A stretch of 64,000 nt of DNA from Bugula neritina (GCA_964035545.1 OZ037765.1:12348698-12412697), one strand, 5' to 3'. Numbered from the stretch's first letter, positions 41,601-56,600 are shown. Numbers and translations: made by a program. Notes: a model not told the origin generated them from the sequence alone.

Positions 41601-44600
41601 GCAATCTTTCTTCAAAAATCCTAAGATTGTTCCTGGTTTAATGTATCACTTAGTTATTAGAAGTCAAAATGTTTTAAGCAAGCTAAAGATAGCATTGCTA
41701 AATTTTCGCTTGATCAAATGTATTGGGTTTCTTTTTGAGTTTGGCAATCATTTACAATAAGCTGTTAAGAGTTGGGTGTGTTATGCTATTGTAGGCTGAG
41801 CCAAGGCCTAGCTAACTTGCATAATACCCTACAATATACAAAGTGTGTTGTTACTATTGAGAAGTGAAGTATTAGTGTCAACATTTACTCAATACTGTCG
41901 AGTAATTCATTTCAATATTTTAGTAGCAAGTAGTCGCAGTAACTCTGTGTATCTTGTAAGTTGTTAGTCTAGCTAGTTTCTGCTAAACTCTATGCTTGCA
42001 TCACTGAAAGTGCTTTGCAGTATTATTATAATTGATATTTAGTTACACCAGGAGATAGTCATTTGAAAGACCAAAATATCTAAAAGAAGGTGATGCTGTG
42101 GAATAATCAATAAAATGTGTAGAGCCATTACAAGCTTTTCATTGTGGCCAGTTAGCAGCTGTGCTACAGGCAGCGTCATTATGTCACATTATGTCACAGT
42201 GAAGTAATTCCCAATAATATATACACGACTAATAACTCAGTTACAAGAAATACTCTCTACATGACTAATAAGTAAGTTACTGGGGCAAGGAATACTATAT
42301 ACATGAGTAATAATATATTTTCTGTACAGATATTTAGGTTCAAGGAATTCATTTTCTGGAAAGACAAATCCTGCCAAACCTATGTAGTAGCCAACTATTT
42401 TAGCACTGAATATAACTAACTAATTCTTACAGTTATTGGTTGATTTGTTAGATTATGAGTCACCCCACTGGTGCATGTTTCACTTGCTCTGCTGGTATGT
42501 GATGACTGCTAATCGGTTGAATGGTTGCCCTGGTTTCAGATTGGCTTAAACAACGTCTTTTCTTCCAATCAAAATTTTATTTAGTTTTGTGACTTGTTAG
42601 AATTATAGTTTTTTTTTCTGAATATGATACTTAGTAGGTTAGAGTTACAAATCTATTAACTGTCTAGTCATGGTACTCTGCAGACTATGGAAAATTAAGG
42701 TAAGGTAATGCTGATAGCAGGTAGTAAAGTGAATAAGTGGAGTCAGTATTTTAGAGAACTGTAGCCTACTTACAAAGGCTGCTGACTATAGCTTAAGGCA
42801 CTGTCAACAGTTATCATGCTTTCATAGTTGTGAAGTTGACTTGAATCTAGACTGTGGGTAAAAGATTGCTCAATTACTAGAATATTGCCGAATAATTAGT
42901 AAACACAAATTATCTTTTCTCTAAAATTAAATTCAGTTAATTTCAGCAAAGTACCAAAATGCTGCTTTGTAAATAATAAGTATCCCAGCTGGTACTTGAA
43001 TATTGTGCAACTTGTGCTATTACTGATAGTAGAGGTAGATATTTCTGAGTAGGGCTATATCAACTCAAAGCTAAGTACCCCTTATAGATAAAATAAGGAA
43101 AAATGTAGTGTTTTGTTCAAACACAAACCAATCTGTAGGTGAGCTTTGTACTCCCTCACTGATAGTAATGTAGTTGCTCTGTAAGTCTTATTAAAGCTGC
43201 TGCAATAGTGTATCATTTTCAAAGGTTTTTACAGTTTCATTCCTTATCTCAATCAAAGGAATATTGGTATCATAAAGTGTATAGTTCAATAAATTGGTAC
43301 AGTCTCAATATCACAGCTTCCCAGAAACTAAGAGAACATATTGTGTACATCTGTACACTACTTCTTGGTGGTAGAGAGGTAAATTGTGGTAATGTAAAGC
43401 ATGGACATAATGTTAGCAATGTGAAAGGTTGTGAGAACAGTTAAATTTAGGTTTATGTAATAATATATTTGTTGAGGATGAGTTCCATTTTGGCAGCTTT
43501 CAAAATATAGTATTGATAGATGCTGCTGTCTTGAGACAGGCTCAGAGCAGAACCATTTGTCACAGCCTGTGTTCTATTGGAAAAAAAGTACAAAAGATGT
43601 CTTAAAAATGCATTTACCTTGATCTGATATTACTATAGTAACTTAAAGAACTTGTCTTGTCTGGCCACATGTCTACCAAACTAATATCTTGAAACCTGTT
43701 TGTTACCTAACCAATCATCTAAGTAACATGTAACAAAACGGCTTTCACAGATCAATTTCTATCTGTTTTCTAGGGGTCCTACAGCCGTGCGAATTCTGGT
43801 GAACACAGAAATTCAATAGGCTTTGGAAGACCTTCACACAATCCGAGCTCAGAGATATTCAGCATGGATGACGATGATTTCTCACCAGAAAGTCAAACTG
43901 TAAGCCCTACACTCTGTATACAGATATACAACTCCACACCTCCTACTATATTGCATTCTGGTTATGTCTTGTAGTGATTCCTCAGCAGTCATTGATCAAA
44001 CTTGAAACTGGGTGGTTGGAATAACTTTACCACACACGCACTTGACTGCCATGCTCTAGCATTACTGGGATTAGGCTACATTTACTATGAGTATAGTTAA
44101 TATACTGCTATTACTAGTACTAACACTACTACTACTACCACCACTACTACTACTGCCACTACTACTACTACCACTACCAATATCACTACCAATACTAATA
44201 CTACCACTACTACTACCACTACCACTATCACAATCACTACCACCACCACCACCATGGGCAACTAAAGTTCACATAAACTGTAGCTTTTAGAGTGTCATTG
44301 TCAGACTAATATTATACTTCCTGTTGAATTGTGTGATTATACCATAATTTATGCTCTTTTGGCACACACCCTGCTCATGAAATCATGTTTTATGATATTC
44401 TAATCGTGACAATCATGGTCTATCTTGTGCAATATCTGTTGCAAAAGTTGTAAAAGGTGATTTTTGGTGATTTACTGACTCAACTCTTTGTTATATCACT
44501 CTCTCTATGTTATTATTTATGTTGTACTAATAGCCTGGGGTCTATATTTGCAGGTAGTCAAAGATCATGGGCCATTTATAGACTTTGAGTTGCTGAGAGA

Positions 44601-47600
44601 CAAGCATGCCCACTGCTCTGTCTTCCTCTCATTCCTTGTGTCTAATGCTGACCCAGCACCTCTTGTAAGTTTCCTCTACGCCTGCTCCAATCTTTAATAT
44701 ATATGAGTGAATGCTGGTATGTATCCAGCCTTTCCTTTATACAAATTTATCTTTTTAGAGCATTTTATAAACTTCTCTGGGAATCATGGTTTTGGGAATA
44801 TTTGATTTGTCTTTGTAGCTATTCACTCTCGTATCAGACTTGTATATGAATGGTACGGCCAAAGATATGAGAAGGTGGGCCTATGAAATTCACTCAACTT
44901 TTATACTCAAAGATGCGCCTCTTGCAATCAAATTAGAAGATGGGGTGATCGAGGCAATAGAGTTCACACTCAAGGTTTGCAGTTACTAATGCACTGTTTC
45001 ACATGAACTTGGATTAACACAGTTATTTACTCTTTGTTCGTATTTCATCAACATCAAAATATTTGTGATGAATGTTTGTGCCGCTGTTCAGCAACCCTAA
45101 TATAAAGTTCCTTCCTCTTTCATGAGCAATAAAAACAGCTATATATGTTTCTAAATTACGCTGGAACATGTGACATTTCTTTATGGATTTTTGTTAATTC
45201 CAATACCCTAAATAGAAATAGGATGCTCAGTGCCAGCATGAGACTTGTAGTGTGGTTATTTCTAGCTTGTAGTGATATATCGTATTCTCAAGGTGATGAT
45301 GTAGATGAGCTTCATAAAACTTGAGATAAAAGTTATCTTCTTCTTAAATACTTCCATGTTTCAACTGTTTATTACACCGCAATCTTATCACTAGGGAAAA
45401 ACTGGAGCATTTTATTTTAAAATTAAAGCACTCAACTTAAGCTTACCCATTTACTGCTGTCATTTATAACACTATAGTCTGTATTCATGAACAGACTAGA
45501 TTTATAGTACAATACTCAAACAATGTGTTCTTTTTCCATGAATTAACAGACTAGTTTGGAAAAAGAGGAACTCTGGAAAAATTTATTTATAAAAGCAAGA
45601 GCCTCCGCAGCAGAGGATATTGCAACTTCTTTAGCAGACTTTCGATTGAAAAGGGAACTTGGTAAGGTTTGAGTTTTGCAGTAGTTGCTGTGCTCCAGTC
45701 AAACTGCTTGGAGTGATGTAATAAAAATATTTTATGCTATGACGTAGGATTTTTTAACTTGAATATTTTATGCCATATTTTGTTCGGGTAAATGTGTTTA
45801 TTGTTTTGTTTTTATATCAAGTTCGTTACCTACTTTTTAGGACTGGGTAACTTATTTGGTGATGGTGACTTGAGAGATAACATTGAAAAATCAGTAGAGC
45901 TGAGAATTATAGAGAAGACACTAAAACCTCACTATGAAAAATAGTAAGACGACTCTCTATTGATACACCTTTTCATCTTTCTATAATATTTTTTATCAAT
46001 GTACACTCCATACTCTTCGATTGTTTTATTTTTTTTAATTTTATGGCCAATATTTGAAAAAAAATTAATGTAATGTAATTCAATTTTTCACCAGATGCCA
46101 ATCCTCCAAGCCATTATATCCTGAAACTAGATTTCAATGTAGTGTACCTTATATATATTTTTCAAGCTCTGTATTTATGTTATATCAGTGCAAATGATGA
46201 GTCACCAAGAAGCCTAGCTATGTCACTATCGCTGGCTACAGTGATGAAGGAGTGGGGCGTTCACAGGGGTGGTATTGACCGTCAACTTAGCTTTGCAATG
46301 AAAGACTTGGCTAAAACCAGCAGCCTCAAAGCTGTGCTTAAATTCAATAAAAAGCAAAAGGTAAGGGTGACAGTGGCTATCTAGTTCTGCAGGTAACCAT
46401 TTAATAGTTTTTATGCAACGTTCTGGTTGGATGCTGATATTCTCTTTCATTGCTTATGTTGTTTATTACAGGAAACTAAAAATCACCATTTATTCACCCC
46501 ACATATGTTCCAAACCACCACATTCTGTGATCATTGCAACTCACTTATTTGGGGCATTGGATATCAAGGATACATATGTTCAAGTAAGGAGATTTATTCA
46601 TGTCTTGTACTCATAATGGTTTGCAGTGTATACTATTATAATTGGCAGTTTTGGAATATACTAAATATTATACAGTTTAAATTTTTGTGAGCATTTGTTT
46701 ATTTGAAAAGTTTTAAATTCAATTTGCTGTCAACACCTCCGCTGCCGTGTGGTTTGAGTCTTAATGGTCAGCACTTTTCTTTACCCTCAGATTGTGAGAT
46801 GAATATTCACAAGGAGTGTTTCGGGCAAGTAGACACTTGCAGTAAAAAGAAAAAGAAGAAGCGCAGCTCCATTATACCCAAGCAGATGAAGTCTTCTGGA
46901 AACTCTACAAGTAGGTTTTTTGTCCAACACGAGAATGTAATAAATGACGCTACATGATGGCACTGTCACATATGACACTGTCATGTGGTACTGTCACATG
47001 CGACGCCGTCATTTGGTGCTGTGACATGTTTCACTTTCATGTGGTGTTGGACATGTGACACTGTCATGCGGTACTAGTCATGTGACGCCTGGTAGTGCAG
47101 TGTTATGTGACATAGTGCTAATGTGACATATGACACTGCACTGCTTATGCTTGTACAGTTTCTATAAAACAAGTCCATATAAAATAATTTTGCAAACATT
47201 CAGTGATTGAAGGTAAAAACAGTTCGCTTGAAATGTCAGTAAAGCTTGTCCTTTTAGGTTAGCAATATTTTAACAGAACATTGGATAGTGTTTGCGATTA
47301 TTTTAAATTGGCGTTGTTTTGCTGTAAAATTTGTCATATTGCTAAAGTTGCTTAAATGTTATTGTTGAATTTCTGGAGCCCCCCAGCATGTTAAAGGTTA
47401 CTGCTTACTGCAATACATTATTACCTCTTTGTAATGAGCTTGCACCACCTCTTGCTGCCTTGGCATCACGCAGTTAATATAAGAGCGGGAGCTGGCTTGT
47501 ATACTTTCAGCTATCATTATTTTAAATGTTATTTGACATTTGTAGTTATTTTCATTTATTCCTTTAATGTTTGTCTAGAATTCCATATAAATCTTAATCC

Positions 47601-50600
47601 TTCTATGACGTCATCATCAGGTAATCAAGCTACTGTTGTGCTCAACGCTTTTGTATTTCGATATACTTTGATAAACATTTCACTTCTCCCCTAGCTGCAG
47701 AAATTGGTTGTTTTCCTTCAAATCAAATAAAACCGTTTCTCCCTTGGCTAGTTAGCTGTTGTATTTCATATGCTCCCCTTAATTTTCTGAGCCCTATTTG
47801 CCCACTAAGATTTCGCTGCGTGTCGTTTTAGTACAGCCTGCAGGTTTGCTCTTGCCACTATGTTAGGCACAGCTGATAGTTTCATCAACCCCTTCTGGAA
47901 GGTTCTAGATTTTAGATTCCACCTTGAATTATAGACATTATTAAATTAGATTTGTATGTTTCATTTTGTTAGAATAATATATTTCAACATCCAACAGAGC
48001 TAGTAGTATAATGCTTTGTGATGTAATATTGTGTAGGCTCTCTGCTCACCCATTTAGGAGTGACACCAACTGAACATCATAAGCGTTCTCGGTCTTTTGG
48101 TACGTTTACTGCTTTCATTTTTGTATTTCTATTGTTTGTGGCGCCTGTGGTCCTACAATTCACACTAGTGCTATTTATAACTCACTCGGTTTTGTTCGGC
48201 CTAAGTCTAGTTTAGTCTAATCTAATATAGTATTCTACTGCTTTAATGTACTTTTTGCATAGTTTTTTTTATATATTTAATGCTGTATTAACTTGCTCTT
48301 CCACTTAAACCATGCTTCCATTCCTTACTGTAGAATGTAGATTAACTTAGAATTGTTCAATTATAGATAGCTTTAGTTAAAACTTTCACACTGTGTTGGT
48401 AACAATTTTCCTAGTTTTTAGAGTTATATTTTTATATATATTTTTCTCTTTATTAGGGCAATCAACCATAGGCGAGTTATTGTTGGGTAATTACAATGAA
48501 ATCCTGTAACATTATTGATTATAATGCTATAACACTTGAGTAAATTAAGCATTCACCTAGTAGAATCTAGATTAACCACTCTTCCAGTTCCCACAACTTC
48601 ATTCTCATTTTCATTTTACTCTAATGCTTTGATAATACAAACTGCCTTAATTCCATGGTAAATGGTAAGCACGGTAAGTGGTTGCTCCCCACCCTTTACA
48701 CGGCTGTCCTGTCTGTCTATATGCACTCGGCAAACTTTGACAGCAGCTTGATTTTTGCATTTATTGCCCCATCACTGTAAACATCCTATAAACATTTTGC
48801 TATTTCTTGCTCCAACAAAGTAATATACCGTATTAATTGCAATAGATAATTTAAAATGCCTTGGAAAGTAAAGGGTTCTTTACACCAATGTATTTCTCAG
48901 TTAGTAGATAAGATAAGATATTTATGTATAATATCTCTGCGCAGTTTCTATTTGCACTGGTAGTATGTTTTTGAGATATTTGCAGCACAGCCTAATTGGT
49001 ACACCTACTTGACAGCGAAACTTGCCCTGCTATATCAATACAATATATCTGTCTAGTTTATTCTGGTGTTGTGTAATGTTGATGCTTAGTAAATAGCTGC
49101 ATTGTCAACTGAGAGTTCATACTGCATGCCTTGTTAACCAAAAGCAAAGAGTGCCTCTAGTATAAATCAATTGCGCAGTTTTTTAAATTACTATTCAGAG
49201 ATTGATACATTTTTTCAAAAGGTATGCAATTCTTTTGTATCGGGTTTTGTGTAGCCGAGTTCTATTAGCTCAGGTATGTCTATCAACTTAGCTAAGTTGT
49301 GATGTAATCAAATGATGAGCTGATGTGCTCCATTATGCTGTTGACTCACCATGAATGGCAGACGTAGATATAGCTGGAGACTCTCTTTTCCTCAAAGCAG
49401 GAAGTCTTCTGCTCACTGCAGACGGTTCACTTCTACTCACTTGTATGATTTTACAGGTTCCGCAGCAATGTTGTCGGATGAGTATAGAGATGTACCCTCC
49501 GTAACAACAGATGAAGGTTAGTATTTACTTATTTTGTGCTCTGATAGTTGAAAGTAAAATGTGTTATTTTTGTTGTGTTCTATATTTCGAGCCTGGACGA
49601 TACTTGCTACTGTTCTTAACCAATTATCAAACACTCGACTCTTCATAAGAAATATTGTTTCCAAGAGCAATATGTATGCATCTGAATTCTCATGTTTAAG
49701 GCAAGTAATGGAATCAATTTTTTGTAGAGCCAACTGTTCAATCTGTGGGGAAAGAGGAGAAGCAAGAAGTTTCCTCTCCGTTTTCTACTAATGGAGAAAG
49801 ACCAAAATCAAATATAGTTGGACGATCAGAAAGTTTTAATGTGAGGATAATGATTGTGTTTCTTCCAGTGATTACATCATCTTGATTTTATATGCCTATA
49901 TATGTAGTATTTTTTATAAGTGGCAAGTTTTAAATAATCAGAATATGAATATTCAGCTTGCGGTGTTTTTTATCTCCAACTTCAGGCAAATCTGTAAACT
50001 TTTTAACCACTCGGGTAATATTTGGGCAACAAGATGTTCTAACTTGTGTTATAATCATTTATAGAAAAAAACAGACAGCATTAAGTCTAAAGATGGCAGA
50101 AGAGCCAAGAGTGATGTTGATAAAGATGGGGGTGAAAAAATATTGACAGCCATTGACCAATCACGATCTAGTTCTTCTGCATCTAGCCTCTCCGTGAGGT
50201 AAGATTGAGTAGTGATCACTACAAAACCATTCATGTTTTCTAGCTTTTGATAGCTCTCAGTAAAGCTGTTTATGCAGTATTACAATACATATATTCTACA
50301 CAGTTTGCTTTTCATTGTGGATTTTTGGTGATAGTTTTCCATCTATTTAATAACTTAGCATGAGTTTGAAATATTGCTTTAAAGTTGCTTTCAATTTTTT
50401 TTGGTTGGATGTTGAAAAATTGTTTCATGTTTTATCAGCTCACTATATATCCAGGTCAGGGTGGATCGTAAGAGGGCTCAGTTTATGTAAAGGCCTGAGT
50501 TTTAGAAAAAGAATTTAATTTTAATTAAAATAGCATACGTGCATCATATCTTGCATATCAATGCATGTATTTATTTTTTGCTTGCTTGAGATGGCATTGT

Positions 50601-53600
50601 TGGTAAAATCTTTTTTTGAGAATCTTATTATCTACAAGTTATAAGCTAAAATTCATATATGAGTAGAAACTTGAGCTATTAAGTCCAAGTTTTTATTCAT
50701 ATATGAGTTTTAGCTTAAAAATTTGGAGCCTTTTTTTCTGAGAAAGTACCTGTTTCCTCTGCAGTTTTTAGGAGAAAAAAAGCAGTTTTCAAAATGTATC
50801 CTAAACTGTTATTGCACTGAATGTTTTGAGATGCATTGCTGTCTGTTAGCCAGTGCAGTTTTCACTTGTCTTGTGTATTGTTAGGAGTGACTCTAGCTCA
50901 ACTGAGAGAGTCAATGATTTGTCGATGAAACCTGCACCCATCGATGAGGAGGGCGACAGCGACTTTGAGGTTGAAGAGTCGATGCCGTCACTAGACGTGG
51001 TTATCAAGAAGGAGCAACTTCGTAAGATGAAACCAAAAGACAAAAAGCGTCAGGAAGTTATAAATGGTATTAAAGTTTTTTGTGAACTAAGTTGTCGCAA
51101 TTGGTAATCGATAATTTGCCAGCGTTTCCTTTACATGTGTTCTGCTCTGCATTGTAGAGTTGCTCTACACCGAAAGATCTCATGTCCGAAACTTGAAATT
51201 GCTTGATAAACTGTTTCATCAGCCGATGGCGCAGGCTGATTTCCTTAGTAAAGAGTTGGTGGAGCTGGTGTTTCCTGGTATTCAGCAACTTATCGATGCT
51301 CATGTTCAGCTGAACAATGAACTGAAATCTAAAATGAAACTAGATCCCCTCGTCTCCACCAAAGATGTCGCCTCGATATTGCTCCACAGGGTGAGTTATC
51401 AGTTGGATATATGCCAAATATTGAAAGTATGTTTTTAATAATTGGCGTGTCCTGACAATAAGTTGAAGTTTTAATTGTTAAAGCATTTACATTTTGCTTT
51501 GCAGTTTGATGGCGAGGCTGGGGAGAAAATGAAAGAAATCTGTGCTTTATTTTGTCGAAATCACACTTATGCTTTAAATGCCCTCAAAGAAAGACGAAAG
51601 AAAGATATAAAGCTACAAGAGCTCATGACTGTGAGTTCAAGTCCCTTTGGTTTCATTACAAGGAATATTATATCTTCTGTAGTTTCTCTCTCTGGAAGAC
51701 AATGGTCAGAGTTTCCTGACTTTATTCTGTTGGCTACACTCTTTAAATTGTCCTGTGTTTTTAGGCTGCAGAGACAAATCCGATGTGTCGTAGACTACAA
51801 TTTAAGGATCTCATAATCATTGAAGTTCATAGGTTAACGAAATACCCTCTGCTGATAGATTCGATGTACAACAACACTACTTGTGAGTTTGCCATAGTTA
51901 TTATATTACTTCAATAAAAGACCAATGGGCTAATATAGATATTGAAATATTTATACAGTTACAGTTGTAATTTTCTGCAATATGGAATATTATGTCAGTT
52001 GGCACATTTCCTTGTCCATAAATTGAGTGATTTTTTTCTTGTAGCACAAAGTGAAGAATATAAGATGTTGGCAAGGGTGTCTAAGTGCAGCAGAGCTGTG
52101 CTGCAACATGTCAATCACGCTGTGAAAGAGTGTGAAAACCATCATAAGTTAGTGGCTCTGCAGAAACGCCTGGACACTAAACCTATACAGAACTCTGATA
52201 ATCCTCTGGTAGCAGACTACAAGGTAGCTAGCTATATGTTCACTTCTATCTCTATGTTTACCACTCAGTTACAGAGCTTTGCCATTGATATATGCACATG
52301 TAGTATATTTAGCTATAATTATGCAATGACTATCTTTGCAATGAAGATATCATTCTTTGTTGAGATAACTTGTGTTAAAATAATTTGTATATACAAATTA
52401 GATATTAGGTAGACCACTCCCAGTCTACATGGTAACAATGTATGGCATTGTTTTAGAATCTGAATCTACAAGATTATAAGTTAGTATATGAAGGGGCCCT
52501 GACATGGCGTCTCAGTACCAACCGTGCAAAGCAGATAGACCTGCATGTTGTGTTACTGGAAAACATGTTGGTTCTGCTGCAAGTGCAAGATGACGGTAAA
52601 CTGGTGCTCAAGTGTCAGAGTCAGATAGCCACCCAGGCAAGGGAGGACAGCAAATTCGGACACAGTCCTATAATAACCCTCAATAGTATGTTGGTGCGAC
52701 AAGTGGCAACAGGTGAGCGCAGTTGGCTACAGTTATTCTACCAATATACTTGCCATAACCATCATAAATTACTAGGTGACTTTTTTCTACCTTTGTGGGT
52801 ATTATCAAGGAGTAAGCCTACCTTTTAAATGTTTGTAATTTCATGTCGTTGGATTTCTATACCGATGTAGGTTTCAGTCTATGAAGGATGTTTATTGATT
52901 GTGTTTGTAGACAAGAAAGCAATATTTATTATCAACACATCTCAGCTAGGACCTCAAATTTACGATCTTGTTGCTCATTCTATAGAAGAAAAGAAAAGGT
53001 TTGTGATTCAAACTACTCTTATTTTACCTGGTCTTATGTTGTGGGCGAATGACGAGTGTCAAAGGCACGGTTATGTAGTCATTGTGTGTATGTTGGATAG
53101 CAGTAAAATCGCTGTACTAAATCATGCTGAAACTATTTGTGCCTCATTCTATGTAATGCTTATAATATTTGGCTACAGTTTACATGACTGTACAATATTG
53201 CACATACTGCATAGCTGATGACAGGTTCATAGTAGATATGAGGGAAGTTAGTCTGTTAGTTTGCACCTTACACTAGTGTGAGACTTTTATGGAGAGGATC
53301 TGGGCAGCTCCTTGTGTTGTCTGCTGCTTTTAATGGCCTCTTCAGCAAATTGACAGACCAAAATACTGGTAATAGAGAATGAATCGTTGTGTTAGTTGGG
53401 CTCCTTTCTAGCTAAATTATATCATTCATTCTTTATAAGCCTATTTTATGTCAGTTCTGTATAGTTAGTATAGTCTACCAAAGGCTCTTTCTGATCCTGC
53501 GTTATATTGCTCACTAATATAATATATCTACTCATTACTAGAATACTAGCTCTTTGGAGTTGTCTTCATCATATGGAATTGGACTGCCAACTATTGTATG

Positions 53601-56600
53601 GTCTCCATCAGCATTTTCAGTGCAGTTCACTAGACTACTAGTTTGATTGCATGATTTTGAAGTTTAAACTCTTTCAGTTGACTACCCGTTCCCCTAATGT
53701 ATTTAAACGTGATTCTGGCAGACAAATCAAATCATTAGCCTTACACTCCACCTGCTGAGCAACTGCATGCTGTTGTATCTGCTCAGGTGGTACAAGTACA
53801 TCAGCGAAGCTGCTGATAATCAGAAGAAGTCTCACTCTACTATGCGACCTCGCGCTCCCGTCAATATACAGAAATTGACTCTAGCAGACACGAGTACTGA
53901 TGAGCCACCAGTTCCACCAGAGAAGTTCACCAACTCTTACACACCAGATGCAATAAAGACTAATATGTACGTCTCTACTATATGGTACTGCAGAGTGAAT
54001 CTGGTATTTCATAACACAAGTGATCATCAGTTTATTGCTAACTTATTTCTGCAATGCTGATTAAAGTAACATTAATAATTATGAACTGAGAATATTAATG
54101 TTATTACTACATGATTCATTGTTGTGTGTTTTAGTACTGCTCCTGGGGCGTTTGATTTACCTACATATACCACTACAGCAGGTTAGTTTTGTCAGCAGCA
54201 TACATTGTGAAAGAAATTGTGTACAACTGTGTAAATGTTCATGTTTTCACGGCTTCTATTATAGTATACCTGCTAGCTATCTTATTCCAAAGTATTCCCT
54301 TGTATGTAGAGTCGCTCAATGATTCCGATGACCGCTCCAGCCGAATGGACAAAGAATCAGAAGATGGTGATGTATGCCAGGAAACTGAATCAGAGGTTGG
54401 TTTCTGTTATTGTCTGCTCCTGTTTACTGCTTGCTACTAGACTGTCTGTCTGTATGTCTTCTGGTATATCTCAACTGAGGTGTTTAGTCAGCATTTAAAC
54501 CTTTCCTTTAGCGATTTCACTTTCAAGCTATAGAATGAATTATATCAGTAACTGCTAACAAAAACTCCTGTTGAAATTTTAGCACATTGTTTTTTCATTA
54601 CTTCTTATCTTTGAGTTTCAAACCCAGACTGCCATGAGATAGTTAGAACATTCTCAACAGCTATTGTTGGGGTATGCCAGGCATATAGCAGTATTTTTCA
54701 TAACGGTTTAGATTGTGTGTTTTTGCACTACTGCACGAGCTTAACCTTTATGCAAATATGTGATTAGTGGCTAGCATGTCATCATTTTGCTTTTGCTTTT
54801 TCTTTGTGAACCAAGTTGCTCCAATCTTCTTAAAATATAGAGAAATTTGAGGATGAATCTGCTTATGTGTGATCCTCGTAATGTTCAGATTTGGTTGTGC
54901 ATTTATGTTTGCGTATGTAAAAGTTCTCAGTTCTTTATCTGCAAGATTGGAGCAACTTTTACAGCATTATAGAACATTCACATGACAGGAGATGCATAAA
55001 ATCACCCCTGCAGATAATTTTATTCGCCCAGTCATTCAATTGGCCAGTTTCTGATTGGTTATTTTTTAGTAGCAACTTGCAATTTGCATCAATGCATGAT
55101 AAATGAGGAATTAATTTCTAATTGGGTAATAATTTGCATGCTCACAGCAATTGATATTTTATTGTAAATTACAAATGTATTCAGCGAAAGGAGAAAGCAG
55201 TGTATGCATGTTTCGTCATGTGAATGGACAAGTTTTTAGTAGAATGCACAGTGTGGTAGCCTTAGTTTAGCATATCATAGTTGGGTTGCTAGAACCAACC
55301 TGTGTAGTGAATATTTGTCCTCAGGGATGTACAACTAGAGGGGAAGCTAATGTTAGTCTCATATAACTGCCTAACGCACATGATTTCACTGAGAATGCTA
55401 TATCTTTCACTGTCTATCCTAATCACCAGGTTTCTACTTGCGAGACCACTTTACAAGATGAGGACGGTGAGAGAGACCCCAAGTCTCTGGTGCTGGCTTC
55501 AATTTCTGATACAATGCTGCTCAAACAAATCCTGTCCAATGCTGCCTCTGCTACTGTCTTGTTGAATACAGCTCCTTTGCCTGCTAGTATGCCGGACATG
55601 TCCCCCACACCAGCTGCCAATGAGCAATCAATCTTGGTCCTTAATTCCCTAAGCAGAAGGTTAAATAATCTGCTGGTAGGTGCTTTTAGTATAAGCTGGG
55701 CAGGACAGTATTTGCGTGGCAGTAGTTGCAATGCTTGGCTGAAAGTAGATAACACACAATGCACACCTGCTGGCATGGGCAGTTAATAAAGGGGGTTGCA
55801 ACATTTGTGCCAGTATAATATTTTATGTTTGATGTGGACATATACAAGATTTGGGTTTTCACTCGTGCTGCTTTCTAACCTGTGTCTGTTCTGGGCATCA
55901 GTTCCAAACTAAGACAGTTCTATGCTGTGTGTGTGTGGAATAACTTTCCTTCTTGGTTGATGATATCGGTTCTGGGCAACGAGTATTCAACATTTAATAG
56001 TTTTTAAAAAACCAGTAAAGTTGGTGGCGAAACTCTTCAAATCTGTAAAAACTTTTTCAAGAATGTTTTTATGCTGTTGATGTGTTCTATAAATCTAGAA
56101 AACCAAATAACTTGGCTATAGCTATTATTCGAATGTCCATCAATAGTCAAGTGTGCTTCAAATGTAATGCATGTATCCTTATACTAATTGATATGAGAAA
56201 TACCAGGGCAAGTTTGAAATGCAGAGCTTCACCTAAAAAGTGTTTCAATTTTTCGATAATATCTTGTTTTTTTAAGAGACTGCTGCAACATCTATTAAAA
56301 GTATGCTTGATTATGAGCTCATGACCCAGCTTAAAGTTTGGACAAGTTTGGTAAAGCTTCAAGTTCTTGGCTCAATTTATTGCTTTAGCTGTCTTTGCAA
56401 TATGCTGCCATCAGATACAACTGGTTTCCATTTTATTTAACGTTCAGAGAAGTCCCAGATAATTGGTAATGGCAAAAATATTTGGCATGGTCAGTAATGT
56501 GACAATAAATAAGGAAATTTTCACTTAATAATTGCTATGGCTTCATTTTACATTTCGGATTTTTAAATTTAAAAAAAGTATTATGTTCACTAAAATTGTA

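Noticed and set aside
44087-44290. Leu/Pro-rich signal-peptide-like ORF
   Set aside because: Translation of a (CTA/CCA)n microsatellite within an intron.
46955-47140. CRISPR-like array
   Set aside because: No unique spacers, degenerate units, eukaryotic intron.
49199-49273. Pair of 23-nt and 19-nt exons that jointly preserve frame
   Set aside because: Needs a 33-nt intron, far shorter than any other intron here (~90 nt or more); unsupported without reads.
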